A stretch of 62,966 nt of DNA, counting the filler, from Octopus bimaculoides (taxonomy: Eukaryota), in the NCBI RefSeq assembly GCF_001194135.2. It is 5 parts of 5 records of this genome, joined end to end, with 100 filler letters (N's around TTAATTAATTAA, not from the genome) between each part and the next. Parts side by side here need not be neighbours in the genome. Positions count along the whole stretch, not along the records: positions 35,765 to 60,513 come from NC_068991.1; positions 60,614 to 62,966 come from NW_026326082.1; 3 more parts are not named here. The stretch is one strand, 5' to 3'. The notes beneath the pieces are model-generated. The model saw nothing but the letters and a program-made list of their open reading frames with translations. It was not told the origin of the DNA and searched no databases. The position numbers were made by a program, and so were the translations under genes. Below, piece by piece: positions 46,001-60,949 of this stretch (position 1 is its first letter; each line of letters opens with the position of its first letter).

Positions 46001-47691
46001 AAATTTGTTATGAAATTGTTATGAAGCTGTTATTGTTAAGTTCTGTGTGACTTGTAGATGAATAGAATTTTCAGTATTGCTGTAGGTGAACTGAAGTTTT
46101 ACTATATAATGAAAGCAAACGAACTCGTTTGGGTTGTTTCGTTTCAGGTTTAGTTCTGGTCAAGCAGGCTTACGCTATATATTTTTTCAGACATTCGTCC
46201 ACTAGAACTATATCCTCCGAAATATTGTTTTTTTTTCTCTTTTCTTTTTTAAATTTTCTTTTTAAGATGAAAGGATGCAATTTTATGGAAATTTAGCTTT
46301 TATGTTTAGTAGATCAAGTGATAATATAAACTTGCCTTGAAACTGATTAGTATAGCTTGTAAGGTGTGTTGGGACATTTGTATAACCCCTTGGTATGTAG
46401 AAGCCATGACATTGCTTGTGAGTACAATCATTGTTATGACCTGAAAATTCAGACTGGCTGTTGGGTAAATAAACATACTAGTACATCCTGTGAGTGGTCT
46501 GACGGTGAGAAAAAGCTTTATTACATGCTGTAAGTTACTTAAAGGTAATGGCTGCTTCTCTCTCCTCCGTATTCGTCCGTTCGAGTGACGAGGACCATCT
46601 AGTGACTCGGAACGTCACATGGAATTTCGTTGTTGTGATGACTTGCGTGGCGACTTTGTTTAAAGTGGAGAATTTCGCATAGTCAGCTTTATTCTCTCGT
46701 TCGTGATCATCTTTAATCCAGTAGCAAGACTTGGTCAAGCCGTCTTGAGATAGAGACAGATGCAGTAGATGACCAAGATGTCTTACTCGTCTCATTTTGC
46801 TCCCTGCACTCCACTGTGCATAGTTGCAACCACCATTCCTGACGCCGAAACATGAAGATTTCCTCTGCCGAGTCTGCCGGAGCCACGCTTCACATGCATA
46901 GGTTGGCGAGCCCTCTTCCCCTATAAACTACACGAAAGATAAATCCCTCTGGAAGGAAGCATCAAAGTGTTTACTCAGCCACATGACAGACAAGGTTTTC
47001 TGAAATATTTATAGCTCAGTACGCTCTCATGTCAGATGTTTAAAGTGGAGAAAGGAATTTTTATTAGATACATTTATACAGTGTGAAAGTTGCTGAAATG
47101 TTAAAATTTCGATAATATACAGAGATATCAACAGCTTAATCTCTCGTATTCGTTGCAGAAATATATTAAACCACTCTGTTTTCCCATCATAATTAAATAG
47201 AGGCCATCCTCCTCCGATTACAATCACCGCCCAACATTTCGTTCTACTTAACAATTTATATAAATATATAACTATCTACATTAATTACCTTCAGCAGGTT
47301 TTCTTTCTTTTTCCCCTTTCATACACATACACATGCACACGCACACACATGCCTCCCCTATGCTACACACTGAATCGCACACACGCACATGTAGGCGTAC
47401 ACACAAACATACACTCACACAGAAACACACGCACACACATACACATACACTGCTAATTTCACCAACCGAAAACACACACTAACACACCCCAAAAATATCC
47501 ACATACATACACACGTACATAACGCATACGCACACACATACACACACTTAAAAACTACAGCTGGCTCTCACGCTTCCGGTTAGTCAGAGGTTGAACATGT
47601 GAACTTAATCCACGTGGATTACTTTCCCAGCCCTCTCCTCTCTTTTCTTATCTTCTCTCCGCTACTCTTTGTCTCTCCCGGACATTCCTGT

Positions 47692-47728
47692 AGTGTCTGA
47701 CAAAGGACTATACCCGAAACGTTAAACT
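47692..47728 (+). ncRNA. Decayed minimal type I hammerhead ribozyme motif
   Basis: AGTGT-CTGACAA-A-GG-actatac-CC-GAAAC-GTT-AAACT. One core change (G8 to A), weak stem II, stem I pairs at 4 of 5 positions. Preceded by a pyrimidine-rich tract. Confidence 0.5.
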
Positions 47729-47810
47729 TTACCCTAGGAACGTCACATGGAATTTCGTTGTTGTTTTGTATATTTGATTTTGTTCTTATATTTCATTTGT
47801 GATAGATGTT

Positions 47811-47875
<65 letters not shown>

Positions 47876-49503
47876 TTTACTCTCTTTTACTTGTTTCACC
47901 TTTAGTCGAGCAAATCGACCCCAGGACTTATTCTTTGTAAGCCTAGTACCTATTCTATCGGTCTCTTTTGCCGAACCACTAATTGATGGGGACATATACA
48001 CACCAGCATCGGCTATAGTAGAAGACACTTGCCCAAGGTGCCACGCAGTGGGACTGAACCCGGAGCCAAATGGTTCGTAAGCAAGCTACCTACCACACAG
48101 CCACTCCTGCGCCTATATATATAATACACATATATATNNNNNNNNNNNNNNNNNNNNNNNNNNNNNNNNNNNNNNNNNNNNNNNNNNNNNNNNNNNNNNN
48201 NNNNNNNNNNNNNNNNNNNNNNNNNNNNNNNNNNNNNNNNNNNNNNNNNNNNNNNNNNNNNNNNNNNNNNNNNNNNNNNNNNNNNNNNNNNNNNNNNNNN
48301 NNNNNNNNNNNNNNNNNNNNNNNNNNNNNNNNNNNNNNNNNNNNNNNNNNNNNNNNNNNNNNNNNNNNNNNNNNNNNNNNNNNNNNNNNNNNNNNNNNNN
48401 NNNNNNNNNNNNNNNNNNNNNNNNNNNNNNNNNNNNNNNNNNNNNNNNNNNNNNNNNNNNNNNNNNNNNNNNNNNNNNNNNNNNNNNNNNNNNNNNNNNN
48501 NNNNNNNNNNNNNNNNNNNNNNNNNNNNNNNNNNNNNNNNNNNNNNNNNNNNNNNNNNNNNNNNNNNNNNNNNNNNNNNNNNNNNNNNNNNNNNNNNNNN
48601 NNNNNNNNNNNNNNNNNNNNNNNNNNNNNNNNNNNNNNNNNNNNNNNNNNNNNNNNNNNNNNNNNNNNNNNNNNNNNNNNNNNNNNNNNNNNNNNNNNNN
48701 NNNNNNNNNNNNNNNNNNNNNNNNNNNNNNNNNNNNNNNNNNNNNNNNNNNNNNNNNNNNNNNNNNNNNNNNNNNNNNNNNNNNNNNNNNNNNNNNNNNN
48801 NNNNNNNNNNNNNNNNNNNNNNNNNNNNNNNNNNNNNNNNNNNNNNNNNNNNNNNNNNNNNNNNNNNNNNNNNNNNNNNNNNNNNNNNNNNNNNNNNNNN
48901 NNNNNNNNNNNNNNNNNNNNNNNNNNNNNNNNNNNNNNNNNNNNNNNNNNNNNNNNNNNNNNNNNNACTTCAATCGTTTTTTAAATGTCTTTCATCCGTT
49001 AATCACACTACTAAACATCATAAGTCTTTATTTTATTGGATCCGTTATGTCGAACGGTTTTGTCACTCTGCGCGCACCTCGAACAAGCCCGTCTGACAGC
49101 ACATCCGTGCCTGTAAGGTTTATCTCAAACCGGTAGCACTGCCAGACCAAGGACATCTGAAAATTATCCATTATACTTCCCGACCGGAAACTCCTCGGGG
49201 AATAGACTAGCAAGTTCGTTCTCGTTGGCGCCCAAATTTTCCCCAAGAACGTCGTCGCACTTCCCCGCCACTAATCCTCTATAAATTTCTAAAGTGGAAC
49301 ATCCACCGATCTCAATCCTTTCTACTATAGACACAAGGCCTAGAAATTTTGGGGAAGGTGGATAGCCGATTACATCGACCTGAGTGTTTCACTTAATTTA
49401 TCGACCCTGAAAGGATGAAAGCAAAGTCGACTTCGACGGAATTTGAAATCAGAACGTAAAGACCGATGAAATGCGTGCTAACGATTCTGCCATCTCGCTG
49501 CCT

Positions 49504-50611
<1,108 letters not shown>

Positions 50612-50827
50612 ATCCTTTCTACTATCAGTACAAGGCCTGAAATATTGGGGGAAGGGGCAAGTCGATTAGATCGACCCCAGTACTCAAATGGTGCTTAATT
50701 TATCGAACCCGAAAGGATGAAAGGCAAAGTCGACCTCAGCAGAATTTGAACTCAGAACGTAGCGGCAGACGAAATACCGCTAAGCATTTCGCCCCATCAT
50801 GCCAATGATTCTACCAGCTCGCCGCCT

Positions 50828-50927
<100 letters not shown>

Positions 50928-51800
50928 ACAACAACAATAGCATCAACTTCAATAACAATGATCATAGTAATACAATATATCAAAGTTTAAAACAACCAAA
51001 AATGTCGCTCACCTTCTTTTATTACAATATTGGTAATATTACAAACATAGTTTTTTAAGCTCACTGCACACCAACCATTAACATGAACTCTTTAAAGCAT
51101 TAAATCATATTTTGAAATCACTGTGGTGCATTGTTTGCAGAGCACTGTAGCCGATAGATACACACGGATTTAGGTAGAACAGTTTTAGTTCAACTAAGCG
51201 AGATATTTAATCAGTGAGAGTACAGAATGACTTATGATATATATATTCTTTATTTTTTTACTTGTTTCAGTCATTTGCTTGCGGCCATGCTGGAGCGCCA
51301 CATGTAGTCGAACAAGACTTATTCTTCGTAACTCTAGTACTTATTCTATCGGTATCTTTTGCCGAACTGCTAAGAAACTCAGACGTAAACACACCAGCAT
51401 CGGTTGTCAAACGATGGTGGGGGGACAAACATAAGCATGCAAATACATACATATATATATATATATATANNNNNNNNNNNNNNNNNNNNNNNNNNNNNNN
51501 NNNNNNNNNNNNNNNNNNNNNNNNNNNNNNNNNNNNNNNNNNNNNNNNNNNNNNNNNNNNNNNNNNNNNNNNNNNNNNNNNNNNNNNNNNNNNNNNNNNN
51601 NNNNNNNNNNNNNNNNNNNNNNNNNNNNNNNNNNNNNNNNNNNNNNNNNNNNNNNNNNNNNNNNNNNNNNNNNNNNNNNNNNNNNNNNNNNNNNNNNNNN
51701 NNNNNNNNNNNNNNNNNNNNNNNNNNNNNNNNNNNNNNNNNNNNNNNNNNNNNNNNNNNNNNNNNNNNNNNNNNNNNNNNNNNNNNNNNNNNNNNNNNNN

Positions 51801-51886
51801 GTGTGTGTGTGTGTGTGTGTGTATGTGTGTGTGTATGTATGTATGTATGTAGATACATACATACATACATACACAGACAGACAGAC

Positions 51887-51926
<40 letters not shown>

Positions 51927-51962
51927 GGATGGATGGATGGATGGATGGATGGATGGATGGAT
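51801..51962. repeat. Compound microsatellite (GT)n-(ATGT)n-(ATAC)n-(AGAC)n-(AGAT)n-(GGAT)n
   Basis: Read directly. Similar compound tracts occur at 13725-14070, 28930-29080, 53420-53560 and 55905-56090. Confidence 0.95.
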
Positions 51963-53418
51963 TGGTATTTATACGCATATATATATTTCATGTGTACACA
52001 TACCTTATATGAATGTGAAATCATCGGGAAGAATGGACCTCATAAAGAAATATGGAATATTTATCAAAAGTTCACACGCATAAATGTGTATGTGTGCGTG
52101 TGAGGGAGAGAGAGAGTGTGTGTGTGAGGGAGAGAGAGAGTGTGTGTGTCCACTCTAAGATACGTTCATTCCACATTCTATTAAATATTGTTTCCTTGAG
52201 CTTTCGTAGAATAATCAGTTAATAGCAGAAGAGATTTATTATTGGTATCTTTTCCACTTCGTTATTGAAAAGGGAATACAAGCATTTCATTGAAGAGTTC
52301 AACATTCTTGCCTGCCACTCCACCTAGTGTGAAATTATACACAGTCGCAGGTCAGTCTTAGCTAGATAAATCTTGAGGACGTTCTAATCATAACTAATCG
52401 ATCCGTCTCTTGGGCATAGCATATCTAGGATTATGTTATCCTATCTCTGATATATTCTTCTTTCTTCAAAATGTTAGGTTTATTTCAGAGAAGAGTGAGG
52501 TACAGTTTTATGTTTGGCTGGTTGGTGTTTTTTTTTTGTTTTTTTTTTTTACCTTTTAGTCGGTAGAGAGACTATGTAGAGGCTCTCTTGCTGGCTCGAT
52601 AACCATTCGTTTAGAAAATTCGGAATTATAAGAAGAAGTAGATGTCAGATGCCCTATCGTATTTACATAGATTCAAATTCTAAAGGGTGACAGCAAGAAA
52701 ATTACGGAGAAAGCTTCGTAGCTTATGAATTATCTTTTGCTGGTTTCCGCTGCAATGCAAATATATTCACTCTCGTTGTTAACGATAGAAAGAACTGAAT
52801 CAGATAAACAAGAGTAAAATCGCGAATAATAGGAACATGTATGGGTGTATGAGGATGGATTAGATACATGAGCGCATTTGTTAGGTTTTTGGAGCGTATG
52901 TATACTAGGAAGAAGTGCCTTTTGTTGGAAATGCAATGGTTGCGTCCAGAAAAGGTGGTGTTGGAAAGGAAAGGACTGGTACAACAACGGGACGTGAGCA
53001 GAGAAGGGATTTGGGAGAGAAACGAGGTGTGGAGATGGAGAAACTATGAACAGGAAGGCTGTGGAGGTTGCGGGCACGCTTAAAGGAAAGGATGGATCGA
53101 TGAGGGAAGAAGTTGGAGGTAGCAGGGTCAGATTAGAGGCGGCGAAAGAGAGTTAGGTGATACAAAAAAGGGAAAACAAAACATCCAGACAGACGATACA
53201 AAGAAAACAAGGACGGGTCATTCGGAGTTTTCTTTCCTCAGTCGAGTTCCAGATTATCTTTGCAATTTCGGCTGGTTATACTCGAGATTGCTCCAATCTG
53301 GCCAGCCCCAAGGAAAAACTAAGCTAAGAGCACTAGATTCCTTGGAAGAAAGCAGTGAATGTATGCAAAACCAAGAAAAAAACCGGAGAAATGGTACACG
53401 AATACAAATACAAAAACA

Positions 53419-53471
<53 letters not shown>

Positions 53472-53523
53472 TGTATGTATGTATGTATGTATGCATATAT
53501 AGACACTCATATATGTATACGCA

Positions 53524-53560
<37 letters not shown>

Positions 53561-55384
53561 GCATTCAGTCAGTTCCACTGACTGATTTCCCGTGCTCCAC
53601 AAAGTCAGACGCATCGTGAATTGTTACCCTATCCTCTTGGCCATAACTGACGACAGTCAATAGATAATGTTCATCTCTCTCAAACAGTTGCAGTTGTCCG
53701 GATGTAAAAAAAAAAATATACATAACGTAAAACGAGCAATGTAAACTGTATCTAATTAATGTACTTTAGTTATCGATCTCCCGTTACTCGCCTATCGCAT
53801 CGATTATGTTTAAATAGACTTATAATGGACATTATGTCCACTGGCTGAAATAGACCTGTTCTGTTGTCTCAACGCACTAATGCACATATGCACATATGCA
53901 TATGCATATGCTTATACTTTAACTTACACGTGTGCGTGTACACAAGTTCACACACGCAGGCACGTGCACTCACACTCACACACGCACACATATACACACA
54001 CAATTATTCTCCTACACACACACACACACACATATATATGAACAAGTCAATAATACAAATGCATACACATACTCATACACATGCATTATGTATGCAAATA
54101 TGCAAATATGTATGTGTGCGTATCTTTACAAACAATTCTATACGTGTTTTATATATATATATATATATNNNNNNNNNNNNNNNNNNNNNNNNNNNNNNNN
54201 NNNNNNNNNNNNNNNNNNNNNNNNNNNNNNNNNNNNNNNNNNNNNNNNNNNNNNNNNNNNNNNNNNNNNNNNNNNNNNNNNNNNNNNNNNNNNNNNNNNN
54301 NNNNNNNNNNNNNNNNNNNNNNNNNNNNNNNNNNNNNNNNNNNNNNNNNNNNNNNNNNNNNNNNNNNNNNNNNNNNNNNNNNNNNNNNNNNNNNNNNNNN
54401 NNNNNNNNNNNNNNNNNNNNNNNNNNNNNNNNNNNNNNNNNNNNNNNNNNNNNNNNNNNNNNNNNNNNNNNNNNNNNNNNNNNNNNNNNNNNNNNNNNNN
54501 NNNNNNNNNNNNNNNNNNNNNNNNNNNNNNNNNNNNNNNNNNNNNNNNNNNNNNNNNNNNNNNNNNNNNNNNNNNNNNNNNNNNNNNNNNNNNNNNNNNN
54601 NNNNNNNNNNNNNNNNNNNNNNNNNNNNNNNNNNNNNNNNNNNNNNNNNNNNNNNNNNNNNNNNNNNNNNNNNNNNNNNNNNNNNNNNNNNNNNNNNNNN
54701 NNNNNNNNNNNNNNNNNNNNNNNNNNNNNNNNNNNNNNNNNNNNNNNNNNNNNNNNNNNNNNNNNNNNNNNNNNNNNNNNNNNNNNNNNNNNNNNNNNNN
54801 NNNNNNNNNNNNNNNNNNNNNNNNNNNNNNNNNNNNNNNNNNNNNNNNNNNNNNNNNNNNNNNNNNNNNNNNNNNNNNNNNNNNNNNNNNNNNNNNNNNN
54901 NNNNNNNNNNNNNNNNNNNNNNNNNNNNNNNNNNNNNNNNNNNNNNNNNNNNNNNNNNNNNNNNNNATATATATATATATATATACATATAGATATAGAA
55001 ATAGATACATACATACATATTTATATATGCATGTATATGTATTCTGCACTCACACGCACACACACACGCTTGGTCGAACACGCATGCACGCACACGCACA
55101 CACATACATGCGCATACGCACACATGCACACACATACATGCATACACACACACACATGAGTATTCATTCATCTATACATATGTATATTCGCATGCATGTA
55201 CGCGTGCACATTCGCGCAAGCGCGTGCATGAGCATTGGTAAGCGTTGGGAATTGGTAAGCTTTGAGGAATGGTATTCGTTGGGGATTGGTAATTGGCGAT
55301 CCTGCTCATGGGGTTGGTTGGTAACGGTGACTAAGTGCAGGTGATGCAGAGCAGATGATATATCCGGGTTGTCGGTAATCAGAG

Positions 55385-55690
55385 GCCTGAAATTTGACAG
55401 AAGGGCATCCCTCTGGTGACAGCAATACGGTAATTCGTATTTCTTGCTGATAGATATTGCGGGTTGTTGCAGAATATGCAGTTTTTCGCGGAGACAGAGC
55501 TGGCAGTTGGGAGCGCCGGGTGAATATGGTGGTGCTCTGTCGATAATAGCCCACTTGATGTTGGGTATTTCATCTCTGAGATCACAGAGTCTCCAGAGAA
55601 AACGGGACAGGGAAGTAGAGTTTTCTCTGTCCCTGGATCTGAACGAATGCATATGCTAGACATATCTTCTCTTGAAGTCTAACCACGACA
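55385..55690 (-). mobile_element. Penelope-like GIY-YIG endonuclease C-terminus
   Basis: FKRRY..HMHSFRSRDRENSTSLSRFLW...IKWAIIDRAPPYSPGAPNCQLCLREKLHIL...CCHQRDALLSNF matches the PLE C-terminal pattern. Confidence 0.82.
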
Positions 55691-55920
55691 CCGTCTGACC
55701 GTCCTCGACTAATCGCAGCCCACCTTACGGTAATAACAGTCAATATCTATCATTCAAAATGGCTGACGACTAGCATCAAACTCAAGAGTACTAACGAATT
55801 TGAATCAAACTGTTTTGATCCATACATGTAACTCCCAATGAATTTGTTGACTGCCCGTCTTTTGTTTGTCCACTCACTCGTATATATACACGCGCGCAGA
55901 CAGTAGACAGACAGACAGAC

Positions 55921-55980
<60 letters not shown>

Positions 55981-56781
55981 TTTGCATTATATGTGCACAT
56001 ATATATAAATGCAAATATATGTGCATATATACAAACATGCATACATACATACATACATACATACATACATACATACATACATACATACATACGAAGGTAC
56101 ATACACTACAGTCTTCATTCGTTTTTTTCTGTTTGATCTTCCAGATCCTGATGTACACCAACAATGTGTTTGAACTTGAGTCAAATGAGAATATAACACG
56201 ACATCGTAACTGTGTAAAGGGACTGGCAGCTGGTATGTTATTTACCCATTTCTGTAGTTGCGCCAAACAGTTGGCTAGAGTAGGTTCGCATAACATAGCT
56301 AGCAGATATGCTATTGCATTATAGAGTTCTCTACCTTGTGCATTGCCAATCGCTGTCGCCCGTTTGTTTAAACAATGGAGAATTTACATATCCATATTAT
56401 TAACTTGTCCTGTGTTTTTGTATAATTTTACTACGCTCTACAAACAAGAATTAATTACTATGTGTTTTTAGAATATAAATGTATATTGCGCGATATGTTC
56501 GTTAATATTTCCTCAGGTCCGCTCTCAGCAGAGTATATTTATGTACATAACGGCTAGTACATACACGGGTGAGATGAAAAATTAATATTAACATTCATAT
56601 TTGTATATCCACATGTAATATTCCTGTATATCTTTGTATGATGTGTACACGATTATATTATGACACGAAATACATTAGAATGCGGCGATTTCATTATAAT
56701 ACATATTAAGTAAATTCATAAGTACTTGCGCATATACACATACAGTATATTATATATACATATATACATATATATATATAC

Positions 56782-56817
<36 letters not shown>

Positions 56818-57689
56818 NNNNNNNNNNNNNNNNNNNNNNNNNNNNNNNNNNNNNNNNNNNNNNNNNNNNNNNNNNNNNNNNNNNNNNNNNNNNNNNNNNN
56901 NNNNNNNNNNNNNNNNNNNNNNNNNNNNNNNNNNNNNNNNNNNNNNNNNNNNNNNNNNNNNNNNNNNNNNNNNNNNNNNNNNNNNNNNNNNNNNNNNNNN
57001 NNNNNNNNNNNNNNNNNNNNNNNNNNNNNNNNNNNNNNNNNNNNNNNNNNNNNNNNNNNNNNNNNNTATATGCATATGTAGGCACAGGACATCACGATAC
57101 GTGTACAACAAAAGAGTACGAAGAACGAGTAGATGGAACATAAACTATTCTTTCGAACAACGAAAGACACAAATGGAAAACAAAACAAGCAACATAAGGA
57201 ACGACCCTTCATCAGTTGTTGGCTGTTTTTCTACTTCGTATTTCGAGCATTTAACAGCAATGTGCGCTTTCGATAAAACAGTTGCTCCCGCAAAGCAAAT
57301 TAAATACCATTTGGTATTTTGCGGTGGATCAAAATCCACATTCTATATCTTGTGATCTGAGACCGTTAAGCAATGGACCCAGCTTCCAAACCGATTCAAG
57401 TTGCACCATTTATATGGCCGATTCTCAGTTCCAACATGTGATTGGAAATAGACTGGAAAATTTACTAGAATGTCCGACTTTTGGGTTCAGCGTCTTGCAA
57501 TAATCTCCTCAAAAAGTATTTGCATGTTTCAGTCATGTTCCACATCAGAAGTTTGTATGATGCTTCCCCCGACCCTACTGGTATTTCTTCTTTGTTTTGC
57601 TTTGTATACTCCATCAAGTCAATATGACATTTTTTTCCCCCCTTTGAAGGTTTTTTCGTTTTCATCTTAAATAAGCGATTGTAGCGTTT

Positions 57690-58020
57690 TATCTTAAATA
57701 AGCGATTGTAGCGTGGATTACATAAGTTTCCCATTCAGGAACATGCAAAGACCGTCAACTTCACTTAAGCGTTTAATTGTAATATAATGTCGAAATTTTC
57801 GTTGCTCGAAACTGCGGCCTGTTCCCTGATAAAAAAAAAATCAAAAAGAAAAGAATTAGCTACATTTCAGCAAAATTGTTTGTCAGTGAACATTTCGCAG
57901 TTTCGAGCAACGAATATTTTGATACGATATTACAAATAAATGTTTAAATGAAGTTGACGACCTTTGTGCTTTCTGAATGGCTTGACATATGTCTTCCAAG
58001 CTACAATTGCTTCAGATTTA
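57690..58020. mobile_element. Old foldback element (MITE-like), arms of about 140 bp
   Basis: TTCGTTGCTCGAAACTGCG versus CGCAGTTTCGAGCAACGAA at the core. Homology extends outward (CGTCAACTTCA / TGAAGTTGACG; GCGATTGTAGC / GCTACAATTGC). Confidence 0.75.
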
Positions 58021-58994
58021 GCTCACATTCCCAGATCAAAACTCTTGCTAGCATTTTAAATGAGTTGCTAAGAAGATGGGGTTTTTTTTAACGAATTAGG
58101 CCACTCGTAGGGGATGAAACTATGAAATGCCAATCCTTTACTTTCACAGTTACCTCTGCATCAAAATACATTAAAATTTAACAAAAATTTAACAAATCCC
58201 TAAAATATACGATAAATGTTTCTAAAATTCACTAACTGAAATCAAATGTGATTTGCTTGAACAGTAGTAGTAGTAGTAGCAACAACAACAACAACACTAG
58301 TTTTAGGCCCAAAAGCAGCAATTTTGACCCTAGTACTTGACTGGTACTTTATTCTATCCTGATTCCCCGAAGACATGAAAGGCTAAGTTTACCTCGGTGG
58401 GATTTGAACTAATGAACGTAAAGAGACGAAAGAAATACAACATGGCATTTCTTCTGACCTTCAAACAACTGTCCCAATACACCATTGCAAAGGCACAACT
58501 CCATAAACTGGTGGGAGGAGGATTAGTCGATTAAATTGACCCCAATACTTGACTGTTGCTTCGTTTTTCTGGCGTTTTGGGTCTTTTTTTTTTTTTTTTA
58601 CCTGTTTTGCAATTAAGTCAATGTTGTTGATCTCATCGGGAGATTTACGATTGAAGATTTAATACTTGTTTATGATCTGCCGTTGAATACCAAGTTAATT
58701 AACTGTAAATTTAGATTAATGTCAGTAAGAAGGTCATAGATGCGAGATGGATAATTTGTGACATTTTACAATATACAACCCTAGTACAAAATAAAACAAA
58801 ACTGGCTGTAAGAGTGCAATGAGGCATAAGCATCGATGTCTAGTTATGAAGTTCTCACTGCAGCATTGCGGATCCTGGTTCGAAATTGTTGTGCGGTATC
58901 TTGGGCAAGAGTCTTTTACTGGAGCGTCAAGGTAGTCAGTACCTCGTGAAGAATGGAATATGGTAGACGGAAACTGTGCTAAAGACTATCATGC

Positions 58995-59045
<51 letters not shown>

Positions 59046-59705
59046 TATGGATATATATATATATANNNNNNNNNNNNNNNNNNNNNNNNNNNNNNNNNNN
59101 NNNNNNNNNNNNNNNNNNNNNNNNNNNNNNNNNNNNNNNNNNNNNNNNNNNNNNNNNNNNNNNNNNNNNNNNNNNNNNNNNNNNNNNNNNNNNNNNNNNN
59201 NNNNNNNNNNNNNNNNNNNNNNNNNNNNNNNNNNNNNNNNNNNNNNNNNNNNNNNNNNNNNNNNNNNNNNNNNNNNNNNNNNNNNNNNNNNNNNNNNNNN
59301 NNNNNNNNNNNNNNNNNNNNNNNNNNNNNNNNNNNNNNNNNNNNNNNNNNNNNNNNNNNNNNNNNNNNNNNNNNNNNNNNNNNNNNNNNNNNNNNNNNNN
59401 NNNNNNNNNNNNNNNNNNNNNNNNNNNNNNNNNNNNNNNNNNNNNNNNNNNNNNNNNNNNNNNNNNNNNNNNNNNNNNNNNNNNNNNNNNNNNNNNNNNN
59501 NNNNNNNNNNNNNNNNNNNNNNNNNNNNNNNNNNNNNNNNNNNNNNNNNNNNNNNNNNNNNNNNNNNNNNNNNNNNNNNNNNNNNNNNNNNNNNNNNNNN
59601 NNNNNNNNNNNNNNNNNNNNNNNNNNNNNNNNNNNNNNNNNNNNNNNNNNNNNNNNNNNNNNNNNNNNNNNNNNNNNNNNNNNNNNNNNNNNNNNNNNNN
59701 NNNNN

Positions 59706-59736
<31 letters not shown>

Positions 59737-60513
59737 TGACGGATTTCTTTCAGTTTACGTCAACCAAATCCACTTACAAGGCTTTAGTCTGCCAGAAGCT
59801 ATAGTAGAAGACGTTTGCCCAAGGTGCCATGCAGTGGGACTGAACCTAGAACCATGTGGTTGGGAGCAAATTTCTTACCACACAAAAATTTCGAAATGTG
59901 TTTCCTTGAGAATGTGTATGGGAAAGGAGTTATTCGTTTCGATATTGTTTATTACACTTCTGTCCTGATCAAGCAAACCTATAACAGAAAAGCGTTCCAG
60001 CCTTGACCATCTTGTTTTTTATTCAGTTACTGTTTCTAGGACTACCTATCCAATGAGATCTCTTTCCAAGATGTTTACACGTGATGTGAGAAAGATTTGA
60101 CTAGTATTTCTAGCAGACTGGGCGACCACAGAAAAAGTACTTCGTTGGCTTGAGGTGGAGACATTAAGTGAAGATTAGATCTTATTACGACGTTGTTAGC
60201 ACGGGAATCATTGGAATGAACACTAATCAAAATTCCTGCATTTCAACCTTTTCATCAAAATGCTCTGCTGTCTCAGATTTGCAAAAGAATTAAAAGTACC
60301 TCCGTTCAGTTTCTATGATTTCACCTTGCTTATCTGCTGAGGAATTTTTATCCTCAAGTGTTATTTATCTCAACTCCTTCACTTTAGATACTTCAAAAAC
60401 TGTTACAGCAGCACAACGCAAATAATGTTACAATCTTTTGCTCTCCTTTCTGTCATCAACCAGACGCAGTACAAAATAATAATAATTCTTTCCACTAAAG
60501 GTACAAGGCCTAA

Positions 60514-60613
60514 NNNNNNNNNNNNNNNNNNNNNNNNNNNNNNNNNNNNNNNNNNNNTTAATTAATTAANNNNNNNNNNNNNNNNNNNNNNNNNNNNNNN
60601 NNNNNNNNNNNNN
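60514..60613. other. Artificial scaffold spacer N44-TTAATTAATTAA-N44
   Basis: Same 100-bp structure as at 11294. Confidence 0.97.
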
Positions 60614-60949
60614 TATATATACATGCATATATACATACACACACACATGCATACGTGTGTGTGTATAGATGGTGCATAGTTCAGTGGTTAGAGCGTTTGG
60701 CTCACAATCATGAGGTGCGTTGTGTTCTTGAGCAAGTCACTTTGTTTCATGTCACCTCAATTCACTCAGCTGTAGAAATAAATTGTGACATCACTGGTGC
60801 CAAGCTGTATCGGTCTTTGTCTTTCTCTTGGATAACATCAGTGATGTGGAGAGAGGAGACTGATATGCATGGGCGACTGTTGGTCTTCTATCAACAGCCT
60901 TGTCCACATGCATATATACATATAAGCCTTCTGTTTAATGTGCAAGAAC

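Noticed and set aside
49048-49113. First coding exon MSNGFVTLRAPRTSPSDSTSVP|GTAAGG
   Set aside because: There is no promoter evidence, no recognisable homology and no supported downstream partner exon.
57150-57225. Hammerhead on the minus strand (CTGATGA-AGGG...CCTT)
   Set aside because: No GAAA follows the putative stem II.
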